Origin: Sminthopsis crassicaudata
Lineage: Eukaryota
Assembly (NCBI RefSeq): GCF_048593235.1
Contig: NC_133620.1
Location: forward strand, 295,321,765-295,385,764
Direction: 5' to 3'
Length of the DNA stretch: 64,000 nt
Shown piece by piece: positions 47,945 through 58,790 of the stretch (positions within the stretch are counted from its first letter, which is position 1; each line of letters starts with the position of its first letter). The notes under the pieces were generated by a model. It made no database searches. It was not told the DNA's origin and saw nothing but the letters and a program-made list of their open reading frames with translations. Position numbers and translations under genes: made by a program.

Positions 47945-50286
47945 GGAGCTGCAAGGGTGTCTGAGGACCAGGAGGACATGACTCCCAGGAATGGGAACCT
48001 GAGGGATCACTTACACCCTTATAAGCTTCAATCTTCTCCACCCTTACCATACATTCACTTTCCAAAGGGGGTGTATAGATTCTGCCCCTCAGCCTCCCAT
48101 TCTATTTATTTCCCCCAACTCTTTCATTTTTACTCCCACCCTATTCCCACTCCCACCTCCCGATCCCTGGTGTGGTTTCTCCTGATATAAAGGACTTTGA
48201 TCTGTCCACTGCTCCAGCTTGGACTCTATTTCCCTTTTCCTGTGGCCTCTAGATTGCCTCCAAAGAGCCTGGAACTTGTCTCCATAATTCTGGGGATTTC
48301 CATTCACCTCAAAAACATCCTGTGGAGGAAGGGAGAGGGCAAAGAGGTCCTGATAGAAGAATCAACTTGTATAGTTTTAAATAGCAGTATGGTTGGACAC
48401 CTAGGGATGTTGTTGATAGTTTCCATGCTTGGAAAGCAAGCAGAAAATATGAGAGTGCCCATCTAGCCAAGGAGGTCTCATGGTAAAGTAGAATATTTTT
48501 CTCACTCCCCATGCCCAACAGGGTTTAGTAAATGCTTGGTAAGAGACAGGATTGAAATTTAGTATCTGCTTTTGAATTTCCATATTGATAAAGACCAGCC
48601 CCTGTCCATGCTCCATATGTTCCCTCTGTCTGTCTTACAAGTGACAGTCTTAAGGAAGCAAGACAAAGGTGATGAGAGATTTTTGTCCATATTATGTGCC
48701 CGAGTACTCTGTCCTCCCCTTCAGCCTCAGGACAGGGGCTGCTTAAGTAATTGGGTTCCTGGGGAACAGGATGTCAATTCTTTTTTTTCTTTTTTTTTTT
48801 AATCCTTAAAAATTATGGTAAAAATATATGATGATTTTATGAAATTATATTTAACTGTGGTAAGGGATTTGTCATTCAACTGTTTTTCTGAAATCTTGGA
48901 AACATTTTGAAGTTCTCATATTCCTTTCTTTTATTGGGAATGGGGTGGAAAGGGATTCCCTTAAAAGGGCTGAAGCCCAAATGCTACAAGAAAGAGGAAG
49001 ACAAACTGACTTCCCAGCCTAAGGGTGGATTGAACAAGTGAACATTATTAGTAGAATTAGTGAATAGAGATCAGTCTTCCTAATGAGCACTGATGTATAC
49101 CTGGCTCTTTAGAGACAGAGACAAATAGTAATTTGTTACTGCCTGTAGAGAGCCCTTGAGAGTCTGTTGAGGGAGATATTACACAACATGAGGAGGGAGC
49201 AGGGACTTAAATCCAATTCTGTAAATTGGTTGGAATTTACAAAGATGAAGGAAAGAGATTATGTGTTTCAGGAATGAGGAAACAACTTACCTAGCTATTT
49301 GTGGAAGTGAGTCGGGGGGGGGGGGGGGGAGTCATTTAGGGGAGCAAGAGACAGTGAAGTTCAACAGAAAGATCCTTGGATTGGCGCTCAGGATTAAGTT
49401 TCAGATTCTATTTTTGCTGCTTATTGCCTGTAATGACCTTGGATCAGTTACTGGGCTTTGGGTTTCTTCATAAATGATTTTGTTAGTTAAGCCAGAGAGG
49501 TGAAGTTGAAATCAAGATTCCCAAATTTACATCTAGATTCCCTCTTCTGCTAATGATTATCAACATTTTAATGGAATCAGTTCTAGAAGGGACCTCGAAG
49601 TACAAGTTTCACACTCATTTTATCTGAGGAGGAAATGAGTACTAAACAGGAAAAGTAATGCCATACATTGGCAAAGCAGACACTAAAATCCAAGTGTCTT
49701 GATTCTCGGACAGTGCTTTTGATACTTTTGCACCATTTGGGCACTTGAATGTAATCTAAACTTTTCCCTGGCTCTAACACCTTGGATATGAAGCAGTAGG
49801 TTGCCTATGTTCTAGGAAGGCAAAGAAGCCCTAGGTTCCAACATGAGTTATGGTACCTATTACACAAACCTCATTGGCATTGGGGAGGGGAATAACTGCA
49901 TTGACCTATTTTCTGGGTTAGAAACATCATAAAATTAAAACTAGCTGTATAATATTGATCTCAGAGTGTCAATTTTCACATCTGTAAAATGAGAGAATTG
50001 AACTCAATCTATTAATAACATCAGAAAAGGCATTCTAGACTATGGTCAATTGGAAAAGGTAGGGGAAACAGGCATTTAAAAAAAATAAACTGGCATGACA
50101 TCTTCTGGCCTTTTATATAATGGCTGTAAAAGATAAACATTTGTTGAGATTTTTGCCACCACAGGTGCAAATGTGGATATGATCATGGCTACTTAACTCA
50201 TATGCAAACTAAATTAACAAGATTAAGAATGAAGTGGAGAAAAGAGGACAATAAATTCCCAAAGGACCTATCCCCATCTCCATTTG

Positions 50287-50396
50287 TTTTTTCCTTATGA
50301 GGCAATTGGGGTTAAGTGACTTGCCCAGAGTCACACAACTAGGAAGATTTGAACTCGGTCCTGAGGCTCTGCCTACTGTGCCACCTTAGCTGCTCC
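50287..50396 (-). mobile_element. Internally deleted WSINE1-like SINE
   Basis: tgaggcaattggggttaagtgacttgccc...ttagctgctcc; TSD ctccatttg / ctccaattg. Confidence 0.75.
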
Positions 50397-50583
50397 CTCC
50401 AATTGCTTTTCAAGATATTTCTTAAATGTCCCATCACTACTTCAAAATCAAAAGTTGTGACAGGGAGAAGGAAGGTGGCAAAGTAGATCTCTACCAGTGT
50501 ACCTCACCCCTCAAGACCCACCATCTTTTCCCCCCTTACCCCTACCCAATATATACGATAAGAACTGATTACTAGAAGAAATT

Positions 50584-50589
50584 TTTATT
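50584..50589 (-). terminator. GP1BA: GP1BA polyadenylation signal AATAAA
   Basis: TTTATT on the + strand, ~125 nt past the stop codon. Confidence 0.7.
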
Positions 50590-50713
50590 GTGGGTTCAGG
50601 TCCTGTCCCTAGATTTCAGAAGAACATGTCATATCTGCACTGACCTTTCCCAAGTCATTCAGAACCCAGATTCTGTCTAGGAATCTGAGCATGTTTATAG
50701 GTGGCTATGTGGC

Positions 50714-53277
50714 TCAGAGGCTGTGGCCTGAATACCTGATGCTGATGGACCCCAGCAAGTCTTCCCCTCGACCCTGGCTTATGGCAGATGGCTTCCTCTT
50801 CAGAGTCAGAGGTCCCACTCGGCCATTGGACCGTACCCACAGAAAGAGTCTAGTGCGGAAGGAAGGTATTGAACCTCCAAGAAAGAGAAGCCAAGCTCTA
50901 TGGACTATCACTTCCTTTCCCTTAGGGAGTTCGAGGTGGACAGTGGCCCTTGGATTGGGGATGTTCTCCATAAAGGTATGGGTCCTTAGCAGGTGAAGTG
51001 GGGGCTGAGCTAGAGCTAAAAAGAGAATGAGAACAATGGAAGAGACAAGAACCCAAGCTGTTCCAAAGATGTAGAATCTCAGAGACAGAAGGCAGCAGGA
51101 GATGGAAATGGGGGAGGAGGAATCGCTAGGATCACCTAAGCTTCCTAGAGCCTCAGCTTCATTTGGTGGCGTAATGTTGGATCTCAGGAGGATTAAAGTT
51201 GAAAAAAGACTGGGGGTGGTAACAGACATAGAATCTATGGTTGGAAATGTGACAAATTCTGAGGTTATTTGCAATATGGTAGTTTCTGAGGTTACTGGAA
51301 ATGTGGTGGTTTCTGGAGAAGTTTGGAACCTAGTTGTTTCCAGATTCTCTGAAAATGCAGTATGTTCTGGGGTGATCTGCAGTGTGGTAGCTTCTGAGGA
51401 GATCAGGAATCTAGAGAGCTTTGGCATTGTTGAGAACTGAGTAGTTTCTGGGCTGTTAGGGAATATGGTGGACCTGGTGGTTGGGGACATGGCATTTTCT
51501 GGGGTGATCTGAAATGTGCTACCTGAGGAGATCTGAAACCTAGTGAGTTTTGGCATTGTTGGGAACGTAGTAGTAGTTTCTGAGCTGTTGAGGAATATGA
51601 TGACCCCTTCGGTAGTTGGGAGTATGGTATTTTCTGGAGTGATTTGGAATGTGGTAGCTTCTGAGATCAGGAACTTAGTAAGTTCTGACATAGTTGGGAG
51701 CACAGTTGTTTCTGGGCTGTTAAGGAATATGATGGACCTTCTGGTAGTTGGAAATGTAGTTTTTTCTGGGGTTATTGGGAAAGTGGTGAGTTCTATTGTG
51801 GGGAGTTTTGAGCTACTAAGGACTGTGGAATGCTCCAGAGATATAGTGGTTGGAATAGTAGTAGTTTCAGATTTTAGGACCCCTAGCACAGTTACCCCAT
51901 CATACCCATCGTAGCTGTCATAATCTTCATCCCCAGTGATGGGACAATTTGCAGAGAAACTGTAGACAGGTGTCTTAAAGGGAACCTCACACAGAACACT
52001 CTTCACATCTGGAGTCATGACTTTGACATCCACCCCTTCCTTCCAAAGGTAGACATTACCCTGATTTTCCTGTAGCCAGTGACGTAGGTATCGAAGTTCA
52101 CAGTTACAGTTCCATGGATTGGAATGGAGGAAGACATAAGGTAGGAGATAGTCCCGGAAGAAACCAGAGGGAAGGACAGAGAGCTGGTTATCCTGTAGGA
52201 AGAGGGTGTTTAGATTCTGGAGGTCTGCCAACAGGTCTGCTGATAGATGTTCCAGGCGATTTTTTGCTAGATCAAGCTTCTGGAGTTTGAATGCTGCTTT
52301 CAGAAAATCTGGAGGCAGACTCCTCAGCTTGTTGCCTCCAAGGTAAAGGTTCTCTAAGGAATCCAGGCCAGCCAGAGCTCCTGGAGACAGGGTTTCTAGG
52401 GCATTTCTGGAGAGATCAAGGGAGGTAAGAGAAGGAAGGGAGCGCCCTATTGAAGGCAGGGTCTTTAGGCAATTATCAGAGAGATCCAGGATTGAGAGGA
52501 GTGGAAGCTTCCCATCTGCTACCAGGACACTCATATTATTTTTAGCTATGTAGAGTTCAGTGAGTTGGGTTAGAAAACTGAGAGAAGAAGTGGAGAAGGA
52601 TTTCAGGCCATTATTCTGAAGGAAGAGGATGGCAGTGTCTGGGGATAGCTTTGGTGGTACAGACTTCAGACCAAGGGATTCACAGTTAGTTTCCATCTTG
52701 CTAGCCCCTTTTTGAGTCTCACAGGGAGACTGGGAATGGGAAGGTCCCAGAAGGAGGAGGAAGAGGAGGACCAAGAGTAGCACAGGGTCCTGTGAAAAAG
52801 GGAAAAAAAAGTAATGGTATTTCCCTATTCTTTTCAGATTCCTGAAGAACCTAGGATCAGACCCACCCAGGTTCCTGACTTCTTACCCCTCCCCTTCCCA
52901 GGCTTCTAATTCCCTTTTCCTTTCCACTACTACAGGCAAAGAAGTTTCCCAATTTCTCACTTTTGATTCTCCAGCAATTAATCCTCCCAAAGACTCCTAC
53001 CTCTCAGCCCCATAGTTTCTCCAAGACCTCTCCAGGTATCTGGCTCTAAGTCTCTTACTATTTCCTCAATCTTAGATTACTCCAGAGGACTCAGTTGTCT
53101 TTCACACTTCTCATCTCCACACTCAACCCCACTAGCTTTCTTGATTCTTTCCGGATCCCAAGTATCCAACATTCTAGTCAACTGGCTCTTTGAAAAATTC
53201 ATCCCTCCATACCTTCAGCTAGTTCAACACAACTTTCCAGTCCTCAGGTTTGACCTTTCTCTCCCACTACTCACCAT
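50714..53277 (-). CDS. GP1BA: Platelet glycoprotein Ib alpha chain; large exon 50714-52789 plus an inferred ATG from exon 1 (53275-53277, possibly extended to 53301); ~692-700 aa
   Basis: Signal peptide, LRR domain, NPWNCNC cap, beta-switch VYLWKEGVDVKVMT, anionic Tyr region, Thr/Pro/Ser mucin stalk, juxtamembrane CC, TM helix, filamin-binding LFLWVRSNGRVGPL and C-terminal 14-3-3 motif SIRYSGHSL. Gene identity is secure; the exact start is inferred. Confidence 0.92.
51270..51787 (-). repeat. GP1BA: Coding tandem repeat, ~132-135 bp (44-45 aa) unit, ~3.5 copies, in the GPIb-alpha macroglycopeptide
   Basis: Units start at 51787, 51655, 51520 and 51388 (TTFPITPEK / TTFQITPEN / STFQITPEN / TTLQITPEH). 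Confidence 0.85.
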
Positions 53278-53339
53278 TTTCCATGAGCACCTCCAATTCA
53301 TAGTTTTTGCCAGGAACTGTATGCCTCTGTGAGCTTACC

Positions 53340-53700
53340 CTGTGAAGAACCAAGATGCCTGGCTTTGGCAAGAACAGGAAGGTAGTGGAAGAGAGAGGAA
53401 AGGAAATGCTGGCCTGATAGGAGCCTTGGGTTTTCCAAAGGAGGGGGGGAAATACAGACAAAACTCTTATCATCTACTCTCACAGCTTCCCTCCTATATA
53501 TCCTCCTTTCTCCAACTCTTTCCTTAGAGTTCCATGGAGCCTATATCTGGGAAGTGAAGAGTAAGAGGTGGAGAGAATGAGTTAGTGTAAAGGTGGCTTG
53601 TTTAAGTTAGGCAGCTACCTGTTTTCCTTAGCATAAGATTTCTTCACCTGTTTTCTAATGTTAAGAACTACTACATTGACCACTGTGGTTTGGTAGCTTA
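53340..53700 (-). promoter_or_regulatory. GP1BA: Megakaryocyte-type GP1BA promoter
   Basis: GATA sites TGATAG (53415-53420) and CTTATC (53466-53471), Ets core AGGAAATG (53401-53408) and RUNX TGTGGTT (53684-53690). GATA and Ets dependence is established for human GP1BA. Confidence 0.65.
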
Positions 53701-53765
53701 ATATTCTACAGGAAGTTATTTTAGGTAAACACATACACAATCACATATATTCATAATGTTGATAG

Positions 53766-54380
53766 TGGTCCAGGGAAAATACAGAGACAGAGGAGTTTCC
53801 CCATTATACTGTAAGGGTGAAAGATTATCCTGTTGAACTAAAGAGACTGGAGGCATTTAAAAGTTATCACCAGTCAAGGTAAGTGGTGTGGGTTACCATC
53901 TTGGATAAACCCTTACCAACAGGTAAATTAGAACATAATGATAGTTGTCTTCTCATGTCCTATTGGGTGCCATAGAAACAGGAAAACATTGGTTGACTGG
54001 ATGATACATTTGAAGATGAAGATGACGATGGACAGAATCAGCCACACCCAGAGAAAGAACACTGGGAAATGAATGTGGATTACTTGCATTGTTGTTTTTC
54101 TTCCCAGGTTATTTTTACCTTCTAAATCAGACTTTTCTTGTGCAACAAGAGAACTGTACAGATCTGCACACATATATTGTAACTAAGATATACTTTAACA
54201 TGTTTAACATGTATGAGACTGCCTCCCATCTAGGGAGTGAAGGGAGGGAAGGGAAAAGTCGGAACAGAAGTGAGTGCAAGGGACAATGTTGAAAAATTAC
54301 CCATGCATATGTTCTGTGAATAAAAAACTATAATTAAAAAAAAAAAAAAAGAAAATGAAGATGAAGAATCTAAAAAATGA
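53766..54380 (+). pseudogene. Candidate decayed retrocopy (C-terminal part of an unidentified protein) interrupted by an L1 insertion
   Basis: One frame of ~90 codons has only 3 stops. After removing the L1 and one TSD copy it ends ...LDDTFEDEDEESKK*. I do not recognise the parent gene. Confidence 0.35.
54026..54350 (+). mobile_element. 5'-truncated L1 3' end with poly(A)
   Basis: Similar to the 23722 and 56380 copies. 14-bp TSD GAAGATGAAGATGA (54012-54025) / GAAAATGAAGATGA (54351-54364). Confidence 0.8.
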
Positions 54381-55169
54381 GTGTACATAGTACACTCACT
54401 GATGCCCCCTTCCTGTTTGATTATTGGTGACTCCAAAGCTTATTCTGTGTCTATTGGATTTCAGTTCACATTTATTCCTCCCTCTCAGATTATTACCTAT
54501 CTTAGGAATCTGTTCAAGGCATAGTATTATTGCAGAGAGACATCATAGATTTTGTAATTCCCTAGGAAAAGTCACTAACTCATCTGTCTCCCTGTACCTC
54601 TTAACAAGGTGAGATATCGCTCCCCATATTTATTCAGATTTATTTATTTTCCTAGAGCTCTATCTGGTAATAACAAAACTTAGGACAAAGACCAGCAGCT
54701 GCTGCTTTTTTTTTTTTTTCCCAGAAAAGAATAATGAATTGTAGCTGTGAGAGCACAGAGAACAGAGACATTAATAACAAGACACCTCAAATTTCAAATC
54801 TAGACTAGTCATTTCACCTATAAAACTTAGATTGTTCAACTGTAAAATGGAGATAATAATAGCACCTCTAAAAATTCTAATCATAGTACCCAGCAAATAG
54901 TAGGTGCTTAATAAATTTTCCTCTTCCTATCATAAAACTAAGAAACATCTTCCCATAAATAAGCAGAATTTATATGCTTACATAAAGTACACCTGTATTA
55001 AGAATATAGGAATAGCCAAAGAAACTCACTACAAGCAGTGTAAGGTCCCCAGTGACCTTCCTGGTACTGTTCCTCCCGTAGTGTCTCTGCTGGGTAGGTC
55101 ACTCAGCTGGACTTTCTGCGCACCTCCATTAAATTTTCAACTCTGTGGCAGAAACTAAGCATCGACCCA

Positions 55170-56516
55170 TACTGCATACCAAGATAAGGTCAAAATGGGT
55201 TCATGATCTAGCTATAAAGAATGATATTATAAACAAATTAGAAGAACATAGGACAATTTACCTCTACAGATCTGTGGAGGAGGAAGGAGTTTGCGACCAA
55301 AGAAGAACTAGAGATCATTATTGATCACAAAATAGACAATTTTGATTATATTAAGTTAAAAAGTTTTTGTACAAACAAAACTAATGCAAACAAGATTAGA
55401 AGGGAAGCAATAAGCTGGGAAAACATTTTTACATTCAAAGGTTGTGATAAAGGCCTCATTTCTAAAATATATAGAGAATTGACTCAAATTTATAATAGTT
55501 CAAGCCATTCTTTAATTGACAAATGGTCAAAGAAAATGAACAGACAATTTTCAGATGATGAAATTGAAACTATTTCCACTCATATGAAAGAGTGTTCCAA
55601 ATCACTATTGATCAGAGAAATGCAAATTAAGACAACTCTGAGATACCACTATCTATACCTCTCAGGAAACAATAATGACAAATGTTGGAGGGGATGTGGG
55701 AAAACTGGGATATTGTTGGTTTAATTGTGAATGGATCTAACCATTCTGGAGAGCAATTTGGAACTATGCTCAAAAAGTTATCGAATTGTGCATACCCTTT
55801 GACCCAGCAGCGTTACTACTGGGCTTATAACCCAAAGAGATCTTAAAGGAGGGAAAGGGACCCACATGTGCAAAAATGTTTGTGGCAGCCCTCTTTGTAT
55901 TGGCAAGAAACTAAAAAATGAGTGGATGCCCATTAATTAGTAAATGGCTGAATAAATGATGGTATATTAATGTTATGGAATATTATTGTTCTGTAAGAAA
56001 TGAACATAGATTGATTTCAGAGTCCTGAAGAGACTCGAATGAACTGATGCTAAGTGAAGTAAGCTGAACCAGGAGATTAGTATACACGGCAACAACAAAA
56101 CTACACAAAGATCAATTCTGATGGACGTGACTCTCTTCAACAATGAGATGATTCAAACCAGTGCCACTTGGTCAGTGATGAAGAGAGCCATCTACACCTA
56201 GAGAGAAGACTGTGGGAACTAAGTATGGAACACAACATAGCATTCTCACTTTCTCTGTTGTTATTTGCTTGCATTTTGTTTTCTTTCTCAGTTTTTTCCC
56301 CTTCTTGATCTGATTTTCTTGTGCAGCAAGATAACTTTATAAATATGCATACATATATTGGATTCGACATATATTTTAACATATTTAACATGTATTGAAC
56401 TACCTGCCATCTAGGGGAGGGGGTGGGGGGAAGGTGGAGAAATTTTGGAACAAAAGGTTTCGCAAGGATCAATGTTGAAAAATTACCCATACATATAAGC
56501 TTTAATAAAAAAATTT
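55170..56516 (+). mobile_element. 5'-truncated L1: decayed ORF2 C-terminus plus 3' UTR
   Basis: Translation IDKWSKKMNRQFS...MKECSKSLLIREMQIKTTLRYH...KCWRGCGKTG is the L1 ORF2 C-terminus; it ends in AATAAA and an A-run. Confidence 0.92.
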
Positions 56517-56525
56517 TCAACTCAA

Positions 56526-57263
56526 TGATGGGGGTGAATAAAGACCCCATGTCTTTGGTAGTAAGGAATAGCATTATTGTGAAAGAGCAAGAATTTTACT
56601 GTCCAAGCTATTTACTTGGGGAAGCATTGAGGAGCACAGATTATCTCTACCTTAAGTTATCTTTAAGTGGACTTTCATTGCAGGCAGCCTCTGGTAAAGG
56701 CCCTTGGTTGAATTCCTAGCTGAATTCCTCGAGCTAACATAATCATGACCCACCAGTACTATATCCAATCAGAAGACCAACTTATGATGTCCGACATCCC
56801 CCTCTACCCTAGGTTTATTTTTCCCCCCATAAAAAACAAATTACCTTTTACCCCTCCCCCCCCTTTTTTGCCAGTTCATTAGGAATCAGCCTACTTAGCA
56901 AGCTCTCTAAGGACTTTGCTTGCCTTATGAAGTCTTTCTCCTTATTCTAGGTAACTCTCTTTAGTCCTCTTACATCACAGTGACTAACTCCTTTTAGTGT
57001 TAGTCCAATTACTGTTGCAGTGAAGTAATCACAAGTGATTACTTGTGAGTTCCAATAAGGAACTTAGCAACGCCAGTCTTTCCCCTTATTAATCACTATA
57101 CTCTCCTTTGGAACTTAGCATGTCAATGACTAAGCCAATGACTAAGAATAAAATTGTTTCTTCTTGATTTAGAGATCTAAGCCTACAAATTCTCTTGAGA
57201 CATTTCATAATACCAGCTCATGACCCCAGTATACTTTTGGGTCCAAACCTCAGTTCCCCAACA
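56526..57263 (+). mobile_element. ERV 5' LTR followed by a tRNA-Ile-like primer-binding site (57266-57283)
   Basis: Termini TGATGGGG...CCCCAACA; AATAAA at 57147. TGGTGAACTGTATGGGGA matches the tRNA-Ile primer site TGGTGGCCCGTACGGGGA at 14/18, two mismatches being CpG-type. Confidence 0.65.
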
Positions 57264-57589
57264 TTTGGTGAACTGTATGGGGAAATCTTAAAACTCCAGT
57301 ATATTTTTGGATCTGTGGGCCTTTTCTTTGGGGGATGTTGATCAAGTTGCTTTGCTACAAGATGACATTGATGATGAAGGAAGGGGTGAAAAGAAAAATA
57401 CCTTCCTTAAAGACTAGCACATCCTCAAAATCCAGATTCTCAAATCATTCTTTAGAGATTGATTATGTCTTGTTTTTTTAAATGTTGCCAGAGTCCTGGG
57501 TGATCATGTAACCAGCCAATGAGTACATGCCCTGTGATTCCATCAAAAGAATTGATGAATGAACTCTCATATGATACTGATACCTAAGC

Positions 57590-57865
57590 CAGGAAGAGCC
57601 AAAACAAAGAAAATTATAAACCAATTTCCCTAATGAATATTAATGCAAAAATTTTAAATAAAATATTAGTAAAGAGATTATAGCAATTTAACATCAAGAT
57701 ACTATAGTATGACTAGGTGGGATCTATACCAGGATTAATGCAGTATTAGGAAAATTATGAGCATTATTATGCTGATAGGACCATATCAAAACCAACAGAT
57801 ATCATGATTATTTCAATAGATGCAGAAAAAGCTTTTGATAAAATACAGCTTCCTATTAAAAATAC
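57590..57865 (+). mobile_element. Decayed L1 ORF2 reverse-transcriptase fragment
   Basis: aattataaaccaatttccctaatgaatattaatgcaaaaattt...atgattatttcaatagatgcagaaaaagcttttgataaaat corresponds to NY(R)PISLMN...ISIDAEKAFDKI. Confidence 0.8.
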
Positions 57866-58013
57866 CAATGAGCATAAGAATAACTTTTCTTTGTCTTGTT
57901 ATATTTACTCAGTGATTTTCTGTTTAGATAACACCTTCCTTTGGGGAGAGAAGAGAAATAGCTAACCTGTTGCACTAAATTTTTTAAACTGAATTTTCTT
58001 CAGTAATTTTTGA

Positions 58014-58100
58014 TAACAAATTTCCATTTCAAGAAAACACGTATAAGAGAAAATACTATATTCGTGTTTATACATGTTTTCTTGAAATGGAAATTTGTTA
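58014..58100. repeat. Inverted repeat: 33-bp arms (32/33 match) with a 21-nt spacer
   Basis: Left arm 58014-58046 taacaaatttccatttcaagaaaacacgtataa; reverse complement of 58068-58100 taacaaatttccatttcaagaaaacatgtataa. Confidence 0.92.
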
Positions 58101-58589
58101 CATATTTTCATGTTCTACTGGGCATGACAATTTTTTTTCTTTTCTATTTTTCATTTTGTTTTTTATTTTGCATTTAAGTTTTAAATAAATACACTTTAAA
58201 AAATCTTAAAAGTCTCACTCTACTAACTTTTGAAGCACTTTAGGTTATCTTTTTCTGACAAAGAAAAATGAAGCAACACGTGATGAAGCAGATTCCCAGA
58301 GAGTATGGAATTCCAGTAGGATGGTACAAGAGAGAAATAAGAATCTTCATAGCAGAATGTATGGCCTGTATATAGGAGAAATAATTTACAGAATTGAAAA
58401 ACTTGAATCTGCCTTAGCAAATCTCTCCAAAAACACAAAAAAAGAAAAAGCTTTAATTATATAAGGAATACAGACTAAAGAAGAAATAAAGATGCACAAG
58501 GGCCATGAATAAAAGAACAGTTTAGAATAGACAGAAAAGAGAATTAATGAAGATAATAAAATAAAGAAATTCTTTTTTAAAAAAGATGC

Positions 58590-58790
58590 AGTGATTTTTC
58601 TTGTACAACATACAAATATGGAAATATGCACATATTTAATATATTAGATTGCTTGCTGTTTGGGGGAAGAGAGAGGTAAAGGAGGGAGGGAGAAAATTTT
58701 GCACCATAATCTTACAAAAATGAACACTGAAAACTATATATGTATTTGGAAAAATAAAATGCTATTGAGAAAAAAAGAAAGAGAAAGAAT
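58590..58790 (+). mobile_element. Older L1 3' end
   Basis: gattgcttgctgtttggggga...gggagggagaaaattt...cttacaaaaatgaacactgaaaac...aataaaa followed by an A-rich tail. Confidence 0.55.

Noticed and set aside
51102-51914. Plus-strand Val/Ser-rich ORFs with repeats
   Set aside because: They are the antisense shadow of the Thr-rich GP1BA repeat (ACN codons read as NGT).
53712-53878. Apparent exon (ctacag|...caag|gtaagt) upstream of GP1BA on the plus strand
   Set aside because: It has stops in all three frames, so it is not a coding exon; the sites may be chance or belong to a lncRNA, with no further support.
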